This document shows, piece after piece, positions 37,045-46,939 of a DNA stretch of 64,000 bases. Positions within the stretch are counted from its first letter, which is position 1. Each line of letters begins with the position of its first letter. The stretch spans positions 758 through 64,757 of the forward strand of contig JAMDAY010000001.1 in the NCBI GenBank assembly GCA_023484515.1, written 5' to 3'. The DNA comes from Patescibacteria group bacterium. Its GTDB lineage: Bacteria > Patescibacteriota > Doudnabacteria > UBA920. The position numbers and the translations under genes were made by a program. A model generated the notes under the pieces. The model worked only from the letters and a program-made list of their open reading frames with translations, did not search any database and was not told the DNA's origin.

Positions 37045-37662
37045 ATGAATCTCGCATATTTCCGCAAAAGCAACCTGCCGGCAGAAGAGGCGGTTGCCGC
37101 GTTAAAAACCAAAGCCCAGGAAGCGGGTTTTAAGGTTTTGGGTGAAATGGATTTGCCCGAAGGGGCGGGTAAAACCATACTTATCTGCAACCAGGCATGG
37201 CTTAAGCAATTATTGGACATTGACCATAATCTGGTAGGATTTTTGCCTTGCGCCGTTTCCGTAATTAAAAAGGGTAACGACGTATTGGTCGGCAGCGGAC
37301 AGACCGCAATCTTAAAAGCCTTGGCCCAGCAGCCGCAATTGGCGCAATTGGCGGCCGATGCGGATAAAACCGTCAAGGAGATTATCCACCATGCTGCCGG
37401 CGTGGAAGCCCTAAAACCGGTTAGCGTTAAATTGTATTCCACCATGTCATGCCCTTACTGCAAAATGGAAAAGTCGTGGCTGGAAGGCAAAAATATCAAG
37501 CACGAAGTGGTTTATGTGGATTTAAACCAGAAAGAGGCCGAAGCAATGGTGCAAAAAACCGGGCAAATGGGCGTGCCGGTAACGGAAATCCAGTATGAAG
37601 ACGGCGAACCGGAATTTATAATCGGTTTTGACAAGCCGCGCTTGGAACAGATCTTAACGTAA
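37045..37662 (+). CDS. DUF302 domain fused to a glutaredoxin (NrdH-like CPYC) domain
   Basis: N-terminal DUF302-like (…AGFKVLGEMDLPEGAGKTILICNQAW…FLPCAVSV). C-terminal glutaredoxin VKLYSTMSCPYCKMEKSWLEGKNIKHEVVYVDLN…GVPVTEI. Confidence 0.7.
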   Translation: MNLAYFRKSNLPAEEAVAALKTKAQEAGFKVLGEMDLPEGAGKTILICNQAWLKQLLDIDHNLVGFLPCAVSVIKKGNDVLVGSGQTAILKALAQQPQLAQLAADADKTVKEIIHHAAGVEALKPVSVKLYSTMSCPYCKMEKSWLEGKNIKHEVVYVDLNQKEAEAMVQKTGQMGVPVTEIQYEDGEPEFIIGFDKPRLEQILT

Positions 37663-37816
37663 AATATACAACAGATATAGCATAGAAATACGGTTGTATT
37701 ACAACCGTATTTTTATATATTTCTATTGTATTTCATGCTTTATTTTGCCTTTTCCGGCCTATTGATCTTTGCAAGATAAGTTGAGCGAATTATGCCTGAT
37801 TGATTGGAAAAATTGT

Positions 37817-40189
37817 TCAACTTAATATGCTGTGCTCTATAGGGACCGGAGGGTTTTTTGATTTCCATTTTTTTGCGAACCAGCGGGCGGTAATCTGGTA
37901 TTGCAGCCAGCCGGTAATCCATACTACGCAGACAGTCATGAACAATGACCAAAAAGTCGGACGGCGCAAATCAAAAAAGTTGGAAAGGGCGGGGTTAAGC
38001 AAAACAGTGGCTAAAAATATAATGCCAACGCCGGCCAAAGCAAACAATACTTTTTCCTGTTTTTTTGAAGTTTTTATTCCGTGCGCCAGCGGCGCCAGCA
38101 CAAAGAACCAGTAGCCCAAGGCAATAAGGGCCAGCACTACCAGAATGTTGGAGCCGGCGGTTTTAAGGTAATCCGGCCCCAGCCAAAACACGGCCGCCGA
38201 AGCCAAAGCGGTTAAGAGCCCCATGGCCAGGGAGAAAGGAAGGATTTTCCGGAAAAAACCTTTTTCAGGGCTGAATCCGTCTTTGGGCGCGGGAAAAATT
38301 GCCCAGTAGAACATGGGCAGCCAAATGACAAAATAATTTATAATGGTAGTGTTGCGCGGCGAAAGGGGATAGGTGTAGCCCATTATTGCCAAGGCCAGGA
38401 ACACGCATAAGGCCACTGCCACTTTATTTAAAAAGATACTGGCTACCAGTTCAATGTTGGTTATAATGGTTTCGGCCAAATCCACGCCGTCTGGCAAGGC
38501 GGCAAAACTGTTGTTCATTAGCACTATCTGCGCGATTTGCCTGGTAGCGCCGGCGCCGTCAAACATGGCTACTCCCAAATCCGCGTTTTTAATGGCTAGG
38601 GCGTCATTGGCGCCGTCGCCGACCATGGCCGTGAAGCCTTTAGTTTTTAGGATGGAAATAATTTGTTCCTTTTGGCCGGGTTTGATGCGGGCGAACAAAT
38701 GGTAAGCGGGCACGCGCTCTTCAAACGCTTCGTTGTCCCATTTTTCCATTTCCGCGCCGGTAACCACCATGTCCGAATGTTTTATGCCGGACTGCCGGGC
38801 AATGGCCTGCACGGTTTGCGGGTTGTCGCCCGACAGTACGTAAAGGCGCACGCCGCGGCTTTGGAAAAAGCCAATTATCTCTTTGGTGCCGGGGCGCAAA
38901 GGGTTGCCCAGCACGAAAAGCGCGAGCGGGTGCAGAACTGGTTGGCTTAACGGAGAAGCGCCGGCCTGGTCAGCCTGCCCCAGCAAAACCAGGCGTTTGG
39001 CTTGCGGCGCAAAATTTGCAAGTTGGCTTTCCAGCCATTTTTTTTCGTCTCCTTCCGACAAAAAAGGAACCAGCATATCCGGCGCGCCTACCGCCACGGT
39101 TAAATTTTTATCATTAATTTTCAAGGAAGCAATGCCATACTTGCGGGAAGAAGAAAAGGGAAGGTAGTCAAAAACCGAACCGGCAAAGGATGCCCGGACA
39201 GAGGAGGTTAAGGCCTTAATGGTGTTGGAATCGTCGCGGTTGGCCTGTACGTATCCGCAGAGGGATTGCTCCACCAGAGCGCGGTCGACGTTACCATACA
39301 TAACCACTTGTTCCAGAACCGGCTTATTTTCCGTAAGCGTCCCGGTCTTGTCTACGCATAAATTTTTTATGCGGCCAAGCTTTTCCGTGGCGTTAATTTC
39401 CTGGAGCAAGACCTGTTTTTTCAGGAGCCGTACCGCGCCGTAAGCGAAAAAGACGGTGGTGGCCAATATTAGCCCTTGGGGAACCAGCGTGCCGGTTAAG
39501 GCCGCGATATCTTTGACAATGTATACCATAAGTTCATGACCGGTTAAGCCGTGGATTACCACATACAGCACAATGGCCAGCAGCAGGTAGGTCATATACT
39601 TGATAAAAGCATTCAAAGTCTGCTGAATGGGGCTTAAGTTTAGCGTATACTGTTTTATTTTTTCCGTCATTTTGGACACAAAACTGTCCTGCGGCTTTAC
39701 GGTCACGCGTAAAATTCCCGAGCCGGCCGTAACAAAGCTGCCGGCTAAAACATTGTCGCTTTGTTTTTTATGGATATTGTCCGATTCGCCCGTAAGCAGC
39801 GCTTCGTTGACTTCCAAGCCGAAACTTTCCTCCAGTTCACCGTCGGCCGGAATTTGGTCGCCGAGGGAAATTTTTATCAGATCGCCGGCAGACAAATCCT
39901 CCAACAGAGCCGTTTCTTCTTGGCTGCGGGAATTGAGGCGGGTAATTTTGGGGGTCATCAATATCTGCAATTGTTCCAGGGCTATTTTGGCGCGCAAGTC
40001 CTGGATAATGCCAATAACCACGTTTAAAATTAAGACAATGGCTAAAAACAGCGCTTCGTGCGCTTCTTTGAACGCCAAAAGCAGCAAGGTCACTATCAGG
40101 AAGATCACATTCACCAAAGTGACCGCATTCTGGTAAGCGACCGGTTTTATGTGTTTGGCCGTTGCTTTGTAAGCGGCGCGGATATTCAT
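37817..40189 (-). CDS. Cation-transporting P-type ATPase (not heavy-metal type; P2/P3-like)
   Basis: DKTGTLTENKP, MVGDGANDALAIKNADLGVAM, and a TM4 PQGL in place of PEGL. There is no HMA domain or CPC motif. Length 790 aa. Confidence 0.8.
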   Translation of the reverse strand: MNIRAAYKATAKHIKPVAYQNAVTLVNVIFLIVTLLLLAFKEAHEALFLAIVLILNVVIGIIQDLRAKIALEQLQILMTPKITRLNSRSQEETALLEDLSAGDLIKISLGDQIPADGELEESFGLEVNEALLTGESDNIHKKQSDNVLAGSFVTAGSGILRVTVKPQDSFVSKMTEKIKQYTLNLSPIQQTLNAFIKYMTYLLLAIVLYVVIHGLTGHELMVYIVKDIAALTGTLVPQGLILATTVFFAYGAVRLLKKQVLLQEINATEKLGRIKNLCVDKTGTLTENKPVLEQVVMYGNVDRALVEQSLCGYVQANRDDSNTIKALTSSVRASFAGSVFDYLPFSSSRKYGIASLKINDKNLTVAVGAPDMLVPFLSEGDEKKWLESQLANFAPQAKRLVLLGQADQAGASPLSQPVLHPLALFVLGNPLRPGTKEIIGFFQSRGVRLYVLSGDNPQTVQAIARQSGIKHSDMVVTGAEMEKWDNEAFEERVPAYHLFARIKPGQKEQIISILKTKGFTAMVGDGANDALAIKNADLGVAMFDGAGATRQIAQIVLMNNSFAALPDGVDLAETIITNIELVASIFLNKVAVALCVFLALAIMGYTYPLSPRNTTIINYFVIWLPMFYWAIFPAPKDGFSPEKGFFRKILPFSLAMGLLTALASAAVFWLGPDYLKTAGSNILVVLALIALGYWFFVLAPLAHGIKTSKKQEKVLFALAGVGIIFLATVLLNPALSNFFDLRRPTFWSLFMTVCVVWITGWLQYQITARWFAKKWKSKNPPVPIEHSILS

Positions 40190-40291
40190 GGTTTTAGTAT
40201 AACATAATTTTTTGGATGGGCATTATCAATAGATGTAAATAATCAAATATATAAACACAAAAGCCGGCTTAAACGCAAGCCGGCTTTGGTG

Positions 40292-40750
40292 TTATTGGCT
40301 TTGCTGGGAGGGAGGCTGGCTTTGGCCGGGAAAACCTTGCCCTGCCGGCCGGACTTGGATATTGCTGGCCGTAACCGACCCGTCGGAATTAGTGGCGCCG
40401 GTGACGATAACATTGTCGTCGGTGTTTAATTGCGAGGCGTCCACGTCTACCGGTTTGTTTATTTGCGTGCTGCCGGTGTATAAAACAATCCTGGTGCTGC
40501 CGTCCTGCGCTTTAACGGTTATGCTTTTGTCGTCTTTGGCAATAATTTGCCCGCCGGTAAAATTGCCGAAATTCCTGCTTCCGTTGCCGCTCCTATTGGC
40601 AAATTGCTGCCTCTGTGCCGCTGACAGGCTGCCAAAGCCCTGCCCGACTGCCGGAGCTTTGCTTTTTTGGTATTGCATGCCGCCAAAAAATCCGCCGCCG
40701 CCGAATACGACGGCAATAATTGCCACGATAATTATGTTTTTTTTGCCCAT
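40292..40750 (-). CDS. Small secreted protein with a Gly-rich N-terminal region and a beta-rich domain (possibly DUF5666-like); paralog of 44492-44971
   Basis: It shares …GQIIAKDDKSITVKAQDGSTRIVLYTGSTQI…VIVTGATNSDGSVTASNIQV with the other flank protein (…GQIIKIEGNIITVKNNDGTEKNILASSQTTF…IVAIGSPDSQGEINASLIRV). Confidence 0.55.
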   Translation of the reverse strand: MGKKNIIIVAIIAVVFGGGGFFGGMQYQKSKAPAVGQGFGSLSAAQRQQFANRSGNGSRNFGNFTGGQIIAKDDKSITVKAQDGSTRIVLYTGSTQINKPVDVDASQLNTDDNVIVTGATNSDGSVTASNIQVRPAGQGFPGQSQPPSQQSQ

Positions 40751-40771
40751 TGTTTTCCTTTCCTTTAATTT

Positions 40772-42010
40772 TTATTCAAATCTTAAAGCCTCAATCGGGT
40801 TTAGCCTGGAGGCGCGGCGGGCCGGATAATAGCCAAAAAGCAATCCGATGCCTGCGGAAACGCCAAAAGCCAGCATGACGGAATAAGCGGAAATGGCGGT
40901 TTGCGTGCCGGTAAAATGGGTCATCAGCAAAGACAGCAGCCAGCCGAATAAAATGCCTATGCCGCCGCCCAGGAATGTCAACAATACCGCTTCGGTTAGG
41001 AATTGCAAACTGATATCGTGCCGGGTGGCGCCTATGGATTTTCGCAAGCCAATCTCCCGCGTGCGCTCCGTAACCGTGGTCAGCATCATGTTCATAATTC
41101 CAATGCCGCCGACCAGCAGGGAGATGCCGGCAATGGATGCCAGCAGCATGGTGAATGTGTTGGTCACGCTGGATGCGGCGGAAACAATGTCCGCCTGGTT
41201 CTGTACGGTAAAATCCGCGGAAGCGGGATTGCCAATGTTATGCCTTTGCAATAAGATGTTGGTGACTTGCTGCTGCACGGCATCCATTGCGCCGGGGTTT
41301 TGGGCGGAAACGCTTATGGCGCTGACATAAAGTTTGCCGTCGGCATTCGGGCCGGCCAAATAATGCTGGGCCACGGAAATGGGAATGAAAATCATGTCGT
41401 CCTGGTTAGCGAATCCGCTCCCGCCTTTGGATTGCGTTACGCCGACCACTTTAAATTGCTGTCCGGAAATCCTAATGGTCTGTCCCACTGCCGGCGTGCT
41501 GGTGCCGAATAAATCTTCCCAAACCGTGGGCCCGATCACGGCCACTTTGGACATATTGGCTACCTGCTGGTCAGTGATAAAAGAACCGGAATCCATGTTT
41601 AAGTTATGCACGGCAGGGTAATTGCTGTCCGTACCGATTACTTGGGTATTGGTGTTAGTTCCCTTGGCCGTAACCTGGTAGCGCCGCGACAGTTCCCCGT
41701 CCAAGGCGCTAATTTGGGTTAAACCGCTTCGCAAGGCATCAACGTCTTCCTGGGTCAGGGTTTGGCTGCTGCCCAGGCCGCTGCTGACAAAAGTGCCAAC
41801 TCCGCGCTGGGCGCCCGGCGACACGCTGATTAAATTGGAACCTATGGAAGCAATGTTGGCCTGGATGGCGTCTTTGGCTCCTTGGCCGATTGCGACCATG
41901 GCAATAACCGAACCGATGCCGATGATAATACCCAGCATGGTCAAGGCTGTCCGGGCTTTGTTGACCGTTAAGGCGCTATATGATTCTTGAAATAAGTCCG
42001 AGGTTTTCAT
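40772..42010 (-). CDS. MacB/FtsX-family ABC transporter permease
   Basis: N-terminal TM helix, large periplasmic domain and a C-terminal FtsX 3-TM bundle (…LRKSIGATRHDISLQFLTEA…). Confidence 0.8.
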   Translation of the reverse strand: MKTSDLFQESYSALTVNKARTALTMLGIIIGIGSVIAMVAIGQGAKDAIQANIASIGSNLISVSPGAQRGVGTFVSSGLGSSQTLTQEDVDALRSGLTQISALDGELSRRYQVTAKGTNTNTQVIGTDSNYPAVHNLNMDSGSFITDQQVANMSKVAVIGPTVWEDLFGTSTPAVGQTIRISGQQFKVVGVTQSKGGSGFANQDDMIFIPISVAQHYLAGPNADGKLYVSAISVSAQNPGAMDAVQQQVTNILLQRHNIGNPASADFTVQNQADIVSAASSVTNTFTMLLASIAGISLLVGGIGIMNMMLTTVTERTREIGLRKSIGATRHDISLQFLTEAVLLTFLGGGIGILFGWLLSLLMTHFTGTQTAISAYSVMLAFGVSAGIGLLFGYYPARRASRLNPIEALRFE

Positions 42011-42090
42011 AAGAGTGCGGCGTAAATCTGCAAATTTTGCGCTAATAATGCAAATCGCAAATTAGCATGAGATTCGCATGCAGGCATTAT

Positions 42091-42801
42091 TTATTCCGGC
42101 CTTGGATTTGCCATCCTTTGCCGTTGGTTAATTTCGTCGCTGATAATTTTTCCGTCCCGAATGTGGATGATCCGTTTGGCATGCAGGGCCACGTCATGCT
42201 CGTGGGTGATTAAAACAATAGTGCGGCCCTGGGCGTTTAAAGATTGGAAGGTGGAAAGGACAATTTCGCCGGTCTGGGTATCCAGGTTGCCGGTCGGTTC
42301 GTCGGCTAACAGCAAAGCCGGGTCATTTACCAGCGCGCGGGCAATAGCCACCCGCTGCATTTGTCCCCCGGAAAGCTGGTTGGACAAATGGTAATACCGC
42401 GATTCGTCCAAGCCGGTCTCCCGCAAAGCTTTTTCCGCCAGTTGTTCCCGCTGGTTTTTGGTTATTTCCGCGTATACTAAAGGCAAGGCGACATTGCGCA
42501 CTACCGTGGCGCGGGTCAGGAGGTTGAATGCCTGGAACACGAAGCCGATTTTTTTCCTGCGGATACCAGCCAGCTCGTCGTCGGATAGCTTGCCGACATC
42601 ATGCCCGTCTAAAAAATATTTCCCTTGGGTGGGGGTATCCAGCGCCCCCAGAATATGCATCATGGTGGATTTGCCCGAACCCGAAGGCCCCATTATGGCC
42701 ACGAATTCCCCGTCAGCAATGGAAAAAGTTACGTCTTTTAAGACTTTGGTTTCCACATCGCCGGCGAAGTAGGACTTAAAAATATGTTCGCATTGGATCA
42801 T
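42091..42801 (-). CDS. ABC transporter ATP-binding protein (MacB-type ATPase)
   Basis: Walker A GPSGSGKST, signature LSGGQMQR, Walker B LLLADEPTGNLD. Confidence 0.9.
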   Translation of the reverse strand: MIQCEHIFKSYFAGDVETKVLKDVTFSIADGEFVAIMGPSGSGKSTMMHILGALDTPTQGKYFLDGHDVGKLSDDELAGIRRKKIGFVFQAFNLLTRATVVRNVALPLVYAEITKNQREQLAEKALRETGLDESRYYHLSNQLSGGQMQRVAIARALVNDPALLLADEPTGNLDTQTGEIVLSTFQSLNAQGRTIVLITHEHDVALHAKRIIHIRDGKIISDEINQRQRMANPRPE

Positions 42802-42802
42802 A

Positions 42803-44482
42803 CTATTTTCCGCCTTGGATAAATGTCCTGTTCCCGCCGCTAAACCCTCCGCCCCCGGTCATTCCCGGAATCCGCAAGCCGGAGGAAGGCTGGCTTGACG
42901 CGGCCGTGGAAGCCCCGGAGCTGACGGTCTGGGTAACTACTTCTTGGCCTTCGTTTAGGCCATTTTGTATTTCCGTTTCCGTATCATTGGACAGGCCGGT
43001 TTGAACCGTTATGTTTTGCGGCTTGCCGTCACTGCCCAAGACCTGCACGTAACTTCCGGAACCGCCGCTCTTTACCGCGGAATTGGGTACGGCCAGGACA
43101 TCGGCCGCCATATTGGTAATTATGGAAGCTGAAACGCTCATTCCCGGTTTGACGCGCTCGTCCTGGGTATCCAGGCTGATTTTAACGTTATAATTTACCA
43201 CGCCTTGAGTAACGGTTCCGATGGCATCAATCTCCGCGACCTTGCCGGTCAGGGTCAAGCCTTCAATGGCGTCAAAAGTTACCGTGGCTTTTTGTCCTAT
43301 TTTGACTTTCGCCACATCCACTTCGTTCAGGGTAATTTCGGCGATTTGCTGGGGGGTGATTATCGTGGCTATGGCGGCGCCGCTGTTTGCCTGGTCGCCC
43401 ATGCTTGCGTCTAAAGTCGCAATAACCCCGTCAAACGGCGCAGTGATGATGGTATTGTTATAAGCTGCCTGGGCGTCAGCCAGGTCTGACTGCGCCGCGG
43501 CTATTTGGGCTTTGGCGGAATCCAGGCTGGCCTGGGTGGGAGCGGCGGTTTTTTGGCGGATCTGGATTTGTGTTTGCAGGAGGGAGTCGTTTGCCGAATC
43601 AATGCTTTGCTGGGCTTTGTCCAGGGCGTCTGTTTGGCTTTGCAGGGCATTGTTGTAAGCCAGCAGATTGCTGGCATAGTTGGAAGACCGCTGGTTGGGG
43701 ACGTCCACAGTCCAAGTTGTGGTTTGGCTGAGGGTGCCGGTTGAGCCGAAAGTAATATATAGGCCGTTACCTATGGGCTGGGGCAGGCCTTTTTGAATTG
43801 CCCTGTTTTCTCCGCCTAGGCCGTTGACCTGGTAATGCATGCCGTCTCCCGCTTGGTATAGGCTGATAATGTACTGGCCTTCCTGCTGCCCCAGGTAGCT
43901 TCCGCTTAGGGCGACTGAAGTTGAAGTTAAGGTGTCGCTTGGAGTAAGTTGCAAATCGGCATTGAGCAAAGTGGTGTGTGCTTTGTCTACCGCCTGTTGC
44001 TGGTCAATGACGGTTTGGTCATAATTTTTTTTGGCCTGGTCAACCGCCTTTTGAGCAGATTTCAAAGACAGGTTATTTAAGGCCTGGTCGTCGGTGGTTG
44101 GGCCGTCCAGTAACTCCTGGTAAGCGGCCTGGGCTTGTTCCAGTGAAGCCTTGGCTTTGGCCACTTGCACGCTGGCAGTCTGCTGGTCTAAAGTGGCCAA
44201 GACATTTCCGGTCTTGACGCTTTGTCCTTGTTTGACCGGAACCGATTTTATTGTTCCCGAAGTTTGGGCTTTAATATCCACCTGGTTTGATGCCGCTACC
44301 TGGCCGGTTCCGGTAATGGAGGAAATGATAGTGGTTTTTTGTGCGGCCTGGGTTACGTATTTTATCGTTTGCGCCTCGCTGTGGGATTTTTTTTGCCAAT
44401 AGTAGCCTCCGCCGGCCAGAATAAGAATTAGGACCGCCGTCGGCAATTTATGGTTTTTGATATATGCGATTATGCTTTTCAT
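42803..44482 (-). CDS. HlyD/MacA-family periplasmic adaptor (membrane-fusion protein) with a long coiled-coil hairpin
   Basis: N-terminal TM helix, long Q/A-rich coiled-coil, and a C-terminal beta-barrel/lipoyl-like region (…VVNYNVKISLD…). Confidence 0.8.
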   Translation of the reverse strand: MKSIIAYIKNHKLPTAVLILILAGGGYYWQKKSHSEAQTIKYVTQAAQKTTIISSITGTGQVAASNQVDIKAQTSGTIKSVPVKQGQSVKTGNVLATLDQQTASVQVAKAKASLEQAQAAYQELLDGPTTDDQALNNLSLKSAQKAVDQAKKNYDQTVIDQQQAVDKAHTTLLNADLQLTPSDTLTSTSVALSGSYLGQQEGQYIISLYQAGDGMHYQVNGLGGENRAIQKGLPQPIGNGLYITFGSTGTLSQTTTWTVDVPNQRSSNYASNLLAYNNALQSQTDALDKAQQSIDSANDSLLQTQIQIRQKTAAPTQASLDSAKAQIAAAQSDLADAQAAYNNTIITAPFDGVIATLDASMGDQANSGAAIATIITPQQIAEITLNEVDVAKVKIGQKATVTFDAIEGLTLTGKVAEIDAIGTVTQGVVNYNVKISLDTQDERVKPGMSVSASIITNMAADVLAVPNSAVKSGGSGSYVQVLGSDGKPQNITVQTGLSNDTETEIQNGLNEGQEVVTQTVSSGASTAASSQPSSGLRIPGMTGGGGFSGGNRTFIQGGK

Positions 44483-44491
44483 AAAGTTTGG

Positions 44492-44971
44492 TTAATTGGG
44501 ATTTGCAGGTGCGTATGACGGGTCCATAACGCGGATTAAGCTGGCGTTAATTTCTCCTTGGCTGTCCGGCGAGCCTATGGCTACGATATTTTCGTTAATT
44601 TTTAAATCGTTCAGGCTAATATTTTGCCTTCCTTGCCTGAATGTGGTTTGGGAACTTGCCAAGATATTTTTTTCCGTGCCGTCGTTGTTTTTTACGGTTA
44701 TTATATTCCCTTCAATTTTTATAATTTGCCCGGTTGAGCCGTGCGCATTAAGATAGTCGCGGTCCAGGGGAATGCCCGGAGGCACTGGCGGTCCCGGACG
44801 GCGGGCCGCAAAATTTTTATAATAGTTTTCACCCCAACTATAGGAATATCTTGCCTTTTCCAAACCTACGGCCACACCCGCTGCGAAAACCGCGGCAAGC
44901 AGGACTATGGCTGAAAAAAATTTTAAGCCTTTTTTGAAAGTATTTGACTTTATTGCTCCTTTTAAATCCAT
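44492..44971 (-). CDS. Small secreted protein, paralog of 40292-40750
   Basis: See 40292-40750. It has an N-terminal TM/signal peptide. Confidence 0.55.
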   Translation of the reverse strand: MDLKGAIKSNTFKKGLKFFSAIVLLAAVFAAGVAVGLEKARYSYSWGENYYKNFAARRPGPPVPPGIPLDRDYLNAHGSTGQIIKIEGNIITVKNNDGTEKNILASSQTTFRQGRQNISLNDLKINENIVAIGSPDSQGEINASLIRVMDPSYAPANPN

Positions 44972-45351
44972 TATTTTTCCAATTGTTTAATTTCCCAGCC
45001 GCAACTTAAAAGCTTGGCCAAGCTGAATAGCAAGGAGAGCAAGACAATGCCGGTAAAAGCCGCGCTAATAGACGGCAGGGATTCAACCAAAGACAGGAAG
45101 TAGTCCGAAAAATTGGCGCTGACCACCCGAAAATCGGTATATGCCAATTGCAGCATTTGGAAAAATCCCGTACGGTTAATTTGCATTGACAAATCTTTAA
45201 GCAGGAAAAGCAGGGCGGGCAGGGAAACGGTAAAAGCAACAACGTAAAAAGCCAACCGCTTTTTTAATATTTGCAGCCTTTGTTCAGTATGGATTTGGCT
45301 AATTATGCGGCCGAATAATTCCGGCGGGGGAGTTAAATCCTGCATACACAA
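44971..45351 (-). CDS. Membrane protein, possible anti-sigma factor partner
   Basis: Two TM helices. It lies directly downstream of the ECF sigma gene in the same orientation. Confidence 0.4.
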   Translation of the reverse strand: MCMQDLTPPPELFGRIISQIHTEQRLQILKKRLAFYVVAFTVSLPALLFLLKDLSMQINRTGFFQMLQLAYTDFRVVSANFSDYFLSLVESLPSISAAFTGIVLLSLLFSLAKLLSCGWEIKQLEK

Positions 45352-45616
45352 TAATACGAATGAAATGGCTGTTTTGGTTCACCGGGGCAAGGGTGAAAAA
45401 AGGTTTAAGTTGTTTGGCAATGCTTATCCGGGGAATGCGCAATCGTATATCGGTCGGTGATTAATTGCCCTATAACAGGCAAACGGGAACGCATACCGGC
45501 CAAATGGACATTGCCAATAGCCGGACAAGATTTATGAAGGCCGTTGTCTTATTTTCCCTAAAGATTTAAATACCGGCCTTGCGGCCGGCTGTTAAATGAT
45601 CCTTAAATAAAATTTG

Positions 45617-46181
45617 TTATTCTTCCGCCATCATTTTTTTTAGATGAATGATTGCGCGGCGGTGCCTGGTTTTTACTGTATCCAAAGATTCCTTAAGAAG
45701 TTCGGCTATTTCGCGGAAATTAAAATCCTGCTGGTAGTAAAGAGCTAGGACTTTGCGGTATTTTTCCGGCAATTGTTCTACGGCCAAACGGAGCATTTGC
45801 AAATCGTCTATTTTAGCCATTACCTGGTCCGGTAAAAGTTCGCGCGAGGTCAGGGGGCGGGCAAATTCTGCGCCAAGGCTTTCTTCGGGAAGCCCGGAGA
45901 GGGGAATTATTCCCTTTTTTTTTCAAGTAATCCAAAGCCGAATTTTTCGTAATCGTATAAGCCCAAGCCTTAAATTTTCCGTTGGTGCGGAATTTTTTTA
46001 AATTTTTCCATATTTTGACCATTGCTTCCTGCGTTACGTCCTGGGCCCCTTCTGCCGTATGCGTATATTTAAAGGCGAAATTGTACAGCGGGCTTAAGTG
46101 CCTTTGGAATAAAAATTCCAGAGATTGCTCGTCGCCTTCCAAATATGCCGTAATAAGTTGTTCGTCGCTTAGGTTTTCCAT
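45617..46181 (-). pseudogene. ECF-type sigma-70 factor interrupted by a -1/+1 frameshift in an A9 homopolymer (minus strand, about 45907-45915)
   Basis: Region 2 (…AWAYTITKNSALDYLKKK) is encoded in ORF 45813-46181. Region 4 (…LPEKYRKVLALYYQQDFNFREIAELL…) is encoded in ORF 45617-45820 in another frame. Removing one A from the tttttttt[t] tract restores a continuous reading frame (…DYLKKKGIIPLSGLPEESLGAEFARPLTSRELLPDQVMAKIDDL…). Confidence 0.7.
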
Positions 46182-46371
46182 AATGGAATTTTATCATAAA
46201 TAATTGCTGTTGTTAATGATGACGGTTTTTCGGCAATGCTATTAATATTGTCAGAAAATCTGTTGAAAAAACCGTTCCGGGATTAACCCCGGAACGGTTT
46301 TGTATGTCTAATTCTATTATGAGTATTAATGATTTTCGATTTTCCCGGCCGGGAAAATCGCTAGCCGCCAT

Positions 46372-46761
46372 TTATCTTATTTGCGGACGGTGGTAGGAGG
46401 AAGCCAAGCTGGCGCTCCAAGATGCCAGGACGATGACAATTATGCCCAAGATGACGTTATTCCACATTGCCCTCGCTGACGTGTCAAAACCCAGGGCAAA
46501 AGGCGAGAAGAACAGCCAAATGCCAAACACGACGTTGATAATTCTGGACCACGCTATCCTGGTTCCCACAAGCCCGGAAATGGCAAAAATTGCCACCAGC
46601 GCCCCGACGATTATGTTATTTTCCACCGCCGAAGAAATTGAAGAAAATCCCAAAATGAAAGGGGAAAGAATTAGCCATATGCCGATAATTAAATTCATAA
46701 CGCTTCCGGCCCGGACATCGGCGCGCTCATAGCGGTCTAAATGATCCATTTGGTCAGCCAT
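46372..46761 (-). CDS. SPW-repeat membrane protein
   Basis: Two WLILSPFILGF / WLFFSPFALGF SPW repeats, four TM helices. Confidence 0.65.
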   Translation of the reverse strand: MADQMDHLDRYERADVRAGSVMNLIIGIWLILSPFILGFSSISSAVENNIIVGALVAIFAISGLVGTRIAWSRIINVVFGIWLFFSPFALGFDTSARAMWNNVILGIIVIVLASWSASLASSYHRPQIR

Positions 46762-46939
46762 ATATTTCCACCTCCTCCCAATGGTAACGGGAAATTAATT
46801 CTATTGATCTTTGCAAGATAAGCTGGATAAATTACGTCTGATTGGTGAGGAAAATCGTCCAACTCATTATGCTATACTCAATAATTAGGTAAATTTATAT
46901 ATTTAAAGACGGCTCGTTTCGGGGATTATTTCAATAGCC

